Shown piece by piece: positions 58,983 to 64,000 of a stretch of 64,000 nucleotides of DNA. Source of the DNA: Chrysomallon squamiferum. Lineage: Eukaryota > Animalia > Mollusca. Position 1 is the stretch's first letter. Every line of letters starts with the position of its first letter. A program made the position numbers and the translations under genes. The notes beneath the pieces were generated by a model. That model searched no databases, was not told the origin of the DNA, and saw only the letters and a program-made list of their open reading frames with translations. The stretch spans positions 33,418,001-33,482,000 of the forward strand of contig CM022672.1 of NCBI GenBank assembly GCA_012295275.1, read 5' to 3'.

Positions 58983-59150
58983 CGGCAGCAACAACAATAA
59001 CAATTATTATTATAACATTAATCTATGTTTAGAAGTATTGGAAGTAGCAAATTACTAGTAGTGGATAATAGTAGCCGTAGTGGTAGTAGTAGTAGTTATC
59101 GATGCAGTGGTGATAGTTGCAGTGGTATAAGTAGTAGTAGTCGTAGTAAT
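58561..59150 (-). pseudogene. MSP-like copy F: exon 2 cut by the gap, exon 1 and promoter deleted
   Basis: 58620-58561 = GSVGKHCKDEDGRQSDVGDT. Intron 1 homology with D ends at ~59150 and jumps to the equivalent of ~40155, a deletion of about 1.4 kb with AATA microhomology. Confidence 0.78.
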
Positions 59151-59879
59151 ACAGTTGGATGGTGCGATCGAGTACAGGGGTATCGTAAAATAATTTTTCA
59201 TTTTTCTAATCATCTCGTATTACTTTTTTTTTTTTATCGTCTGCTTCGTTCACCTACTTTATAAACTAGAGTTACCTCCCTTCCTTTACTAACGAAGACC
59301 TTATTCTAACAGTATGTTTTATTTTTACTTGAGTTCGATATACCTAACTTTTTATATAATTTTTTGTTTTTATTTTTTTAAACGTTATGATTCTTTTTTT
59401 ATATAAATCATTGACTTATTTACTTATTGTAGTCGTCTGCTTCTTTGAACTGCTTATTATCTAGAGTTACTTCCCTTCTGTTTTATTTTTTTCAGCGATG
59501 TTCGATATCTAATAAAAATAAATATTTTATTGCAAATTGAATAACGATGATTATGAGTAACCAACGTAGCTAATCGATTAGAAAACATTTAAGCTAATTT
59601 AAATTTTTACTTTTATTGTCACTGTCGTTAAAATATTTAATTTAGAAAAAATATATTATGCTTACTTTTATTTTTCTTTGTATTCTTCGTTTTAATACTT
59701 TAATTATTTATCTTCAGTGTAAATTATATCGATAATAATGTGTGCTAAGTAATAAATAAATATAGACAAAAAGAAAATGTTTGTTTATTTTATTAAAATG
59801 TATTTTGATTCTTAACATCGTCTATTTTCAATCGTTCTTTTTTGACTGACACTATTTTGGAAAAATTAATGATAGGACA

Positions 59880-60190
59880 GAAAGCAAGGACAAAACAAAG
59901 GAAATTATGTTGGTGTGTAACAGTTCTCTGATATGGTTGAACATGGCGTTTTGATCCAGATAATAAAAGCTCTAGTCTCAATAATTCAGACTAAACTGGT
60001 TTCGATCCTATTTACGTCAGTAACATGATGTGGAAGAAATCGGTGTCATTACTTCTATCATGGGTCGCATATTCTTTTTCATCTAATGTGAACGATATCC
60101 CATTAGATGTCTAGTGTAAATTATTATTCTATACCGACGATTGCACTTCTGTTGCTAGACAGAAACACAACAGAATTTCAGCAATAACTG
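59880..60190 (+). mobile_element. fourth, 3'-truncated copy of the LINE RT fragment
   Basis: Homologous to 25575-25878, then deleted through into the Gypsy-like block. Confidence 0.75.
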
Positions 60191-62387
60191 CTTTGATCAG
60201 CGTTTTGCCGCGGGATATGGAAAGATAGGAGAAACTGGGATCGATTGAGGTGATAACACATATTTCGTAGATGCTGTAAAGGGTTGGGTTTTTGTTCGAA
60301 ATTTCTTTTCACTTCTTAGTGCAGTTTTCTTCGATCGGCCATATGGTTCTCTGGTACACTGGGCGAACATAATGAATGAGGAGTTGGGGAACAATCAGCC
60401 ATTGTATGTAGGAGACTAGTATAGTGTCCCATGGTCAGGTGGCTGATTGGATGCCACTGCATTTCAAACGAACAGATGACTGATAGGTACTTAATTACTG
60501 GTATTACTTTACTTGATGATAGACTTGAGTGGTGTATCTGCTATAAAAAGAATGCCTAGAAAGAAAAAATACGGAAGAAAGTGAGAGGTCTCTTCTGATA
60601 CAATTTAGTGGCAAGTTTGATGTGTGTTGTTTCTAGGTAGTTTTACTGTTTGATATCATGACCCACAGGATCCCTTACCCTGGGGCCTGGTGGGTTATCA
60701 CGACCCATGTTAATAAAGTGTTTACCATAACGATGTTGTTGAAGAAAACCTATCAAACTCTATATTTCAATAAAAAGAAATAATGCCTCTATAAACATCA
60801 GCAGTTTTTCTGACAGCAGACGCGAACGTTTTCATGAAATGGCAGATCGCCCCTTGCAACTGACACTTGAACTATTTCCTTAGCAGAATGAAATCTGTGA
60901 GAGGAGTAGCAATACACTGCTACAGCAGCTGGCTTCCTTGCATCACAATGGCGACTGTAGCGTCACGATTTGTCAGTCTCTCACGAAGTCATGCAGGCAT
61001 TAAGAGATTAAAGACATTTTTAAAAAGGTACGTGTGGTATTGAGACATTTTGTTGAGAAATCATGCAGATGTCTGTTTATGATTTGTCACCTGAACGAGA
61101 AATGGTGCACGCATTGTTGATATAATATTTGTCAGCCGTGTGACACATCGCGACACGACAGTTTTATTTTGATAAGTCAGCTGTTATTGCTACCGGTGTT
61201 AAAAATGATTCATATTAGCTGTCGAGTTATCCAGGTACTAACGTACAACTGAATTTAAATATACTGTGTTTATTTATTTGTTTCTTTGTTAGATCATTAT
61301 TTGTTATTTATTTATTTATTTATTTATTCGTTTACTTTTTTTTTGTAAGTTTATATTTTATTTTTTGTGAAATTTAGTTAATACTAATAATTTATTAACT
61401 ATGTAACTGAATGAATACATAAATAAATAAACAGTGGTAAAAACGACGCTTATTTTTCTTCTCTTTATTTTTCTGTTTAATTTTTATTTCTGTGTTTGTG
61501 TTCATTTATTTATTTATTTTTTATTTATTTAGATGTATTTAGTCATAAAATGACATCTGTTACTGAATGTCTATTTTTAAATAGTATTTCGTTTCTTTAC
61601 GTAGTATTTATATTATTATTTTTATTTACCGAACTTTGAGTCATAAACAAATACAGTACATACATGTACACTGTATGCAGACTGAAATATCGATTTATAT
61701 ACACTTACTCGAGACAGAAAGAAAGAAAAGAGAACGAAAAAAGTTAAAAGAACGAACGAAAGAAAGAACAATAAAAAAGATTGATACTCAGACACACATA
61801 CAGAAAGATATAGATTACAGACAGGTAGTTAGTTATGCAGGCAGCTAGATAGACAGAAAGGAAAAAGAAAGGCAGATAGAGAAACAGACAGAAATCGGAC
61901 AGATGGAAATGTGTATATATAACACATATAGATTGCTATAGAGACACATCACTCGTGCAGGAACTCGTGATGGGATGATAAATCGTTATACAACAAACCA
62001 TTCAACAAAAGCAGATGGGTGATAGAATAAGCAAAGTATATATACTTGATATGACTGTGTGTGTGTGTATGTCTATGTGTTTGTCTGTCGGTGTGTGTAT
62101 GGATTGTGCATAAAAATACACGTCAAACAAGCACATATACGGAAAGATGCACATATAATCATTGAAACACAGACACAAACTCATACGTTATACACATTCT
62201 AAATGTCCAAACTGAGAAGAACGAACAGAAACATTCTTCTATACCTATGTGACATTTCTAACTTAGTCAACTCCGAAAAAGATACCGTAAGTTACCATAA
62301 ACTGTATCAGAAAGATGTTTGCTAAGCAGGTAGCGAACCGGAGAGATTCACACACCTATAATTTAAATTACAGTAAACAAAAATATA

Positions 62388-62420
<33 letters not shown>

Positions 62421-62765
62421 CTCTACATCTCTGTATGCAGAAGGGTGAGGAGATGTCACCTGCAGTTTCTCAGTATATGTATGTGTGTCTTAAACTTCAT
62501 TTATCAGCACTAAATAAGGAACATCAAACCTTTAGACACCAACAGCAGATTCCAGATACAGGAACAGTATAACTGTAAACTAGCAAATCATTTCGGCTTG
62601 ACATAATAAAAGAAAATAAAAACATTTCTATGATCAAACATACGCCCCGACTGAATATTAATAAGCGTGAACAAAATGACTACATGAGTTAGAAAAATTC
62701 AGACAGCAAAATATTTTATTTCATTTTTACTTTCGTTTTACAGTTACGCAAAAGTTCTTTCACTT

Positions 62766-62912
62766 TCATAGTAACTCTCCCGTCAAGCAGTCACGTGACG
62801 TATCGTCAGCCTTCACCAGCAGAGGTGTGCAACCGTCTGCTTTGACGATGCATCCGTCTGGAGGTTGAATTGCTCCCGCATTGATACCATATCTGTGTAC
62901 AACGACAACAAT

Positions 62913-63005
<93 letters not shown>

Positions 63006-63501
63006 TATAATAATAACAGTAATGATGATGATGGTGATAATAGTAGTAGTAGTAGTTTTAGGGGTCTCGTTTCATATGAAGACCATAACGAATGGAGGCT
63101 GGTTTTTTTGTGTGTTTTTTTTCAAGAACGTGTTGCCATCTGATAGAGGGAGTGTCATTATGATGGGACTGGTCCTGTTTATCTTCGAGGTCATAGTAAA
63201 TACATAATATTATAATAATAATAAAACTGAATAATAATAATAATAATAATAACAATGATAAGAATCATCATCATGACCATCATCATCATCATCATCATAA
63301 TCTTCGTTATCTTGACCATCATTTGTTTTTAGAAATTTAAAATGATTTTATTTGTTTGACCAATACAGGACATTACATACCCGCAACATGAAAGTCCATC
63401 TGAACAGTGACACTCTATACATTTATTCTCGAATTTAACAGAATCTCCCGGTGAGATCACAACACCGTCAAACTGGCAGTACGCTTTAATATGTCCGTCA
63501 C
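62766..63501 (-). CDS. MSMB: beta-microseminoprotein-like copy B'' (exons 2-3 intact; exon 1 expected just beyond the window end)
   Basis: Exons 63501-63381 and 62892-62766: GDGHIKAYCQFDGVVISPGDSVKFENKCIECHCSDGLSCCGYGINAGAIQPPDGCIVKADGCTPLLVKADDTSRDCLTGELL*. Intron 1 continues to 64000, colinear with B'. Confidence 0.82.
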
Positions 63502-64000
63502 CTACAACAACAGCAATAATTTAGTAAATGTCCAGTTTAACTACACTCTCATATTATGATAATATGACTGAAACTATGTTAATCTTTGCTCCCTAAGAAC
63601 ATATTTAATCTTTTTTCTTTCTTATCGCGTCCTAGATACAAGTGACAGCATGTGTGTGTGTGTGTGTGTGTTTGACTGTCTCTGTGTTGTACGTGTTTGT
63701 TGCTGAGGGATATATATATATATATACACACACATACATATAGATATATATCTTTTTTACTACCCACACACACATACATTTATATAAATTGCCTAAATTG
63801 TTAATAAAACGAGCCGATAACCTTTACGAATAATAAACAAATAAAAACATTACTTTTTAACAATAAACAAATACAATCAACATTGGTTTCTTTTTTTTTT
63901 AACAATAATAAACAAATGTAGATTCACTTTCTTTTAACATCAGTAAACATATACAAACAGCACCTTTTAGTAAACGTTCAACCTTATCGTTTCTGCCCTT

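Overview
AT-rich, microsatellite-dense eukaryotic DNA with GT-AG introns and two 200-N scaffold gaps (15698-15897, 58361-58560). It is probably an invertebrate; a mollusc or cephalopod is my inference and cannot be proven from this window. Almost all short ORFs in the supplied track are microsatellite noise. The real content, found by manual splicing, has three parts. (1) A birth-and-death cluster of small secreted beta-microseminoprotein (MSMB/PSP94)-like genes with three coding exons (phases 1 and 2), a signal peptide and 10 conserved Cys. Four are intact (A 3897-1104, B 10707-8951, C 33026-34516, B' 46169-44631), one runs off the window end, three are pseudogenes, and about ten are orphan or degenerate exons. 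Differences between paralogues are almost all non-synonymous. Gene C is an exon-shuffled chimera that forms an inverted repeat with its broken parent, and one exon-3 lineage has turned into a 65-bp minisatellite. (2) The 3' part of a sacsin-like gene (J domain and HEPN) that starts at the first gap; its downstream flank is co-duplicated with the MSP genes. (3) Decayed Tc1, CR1/L2-type LINE and probable Gypsy remnants carried inside the segmental duplications.
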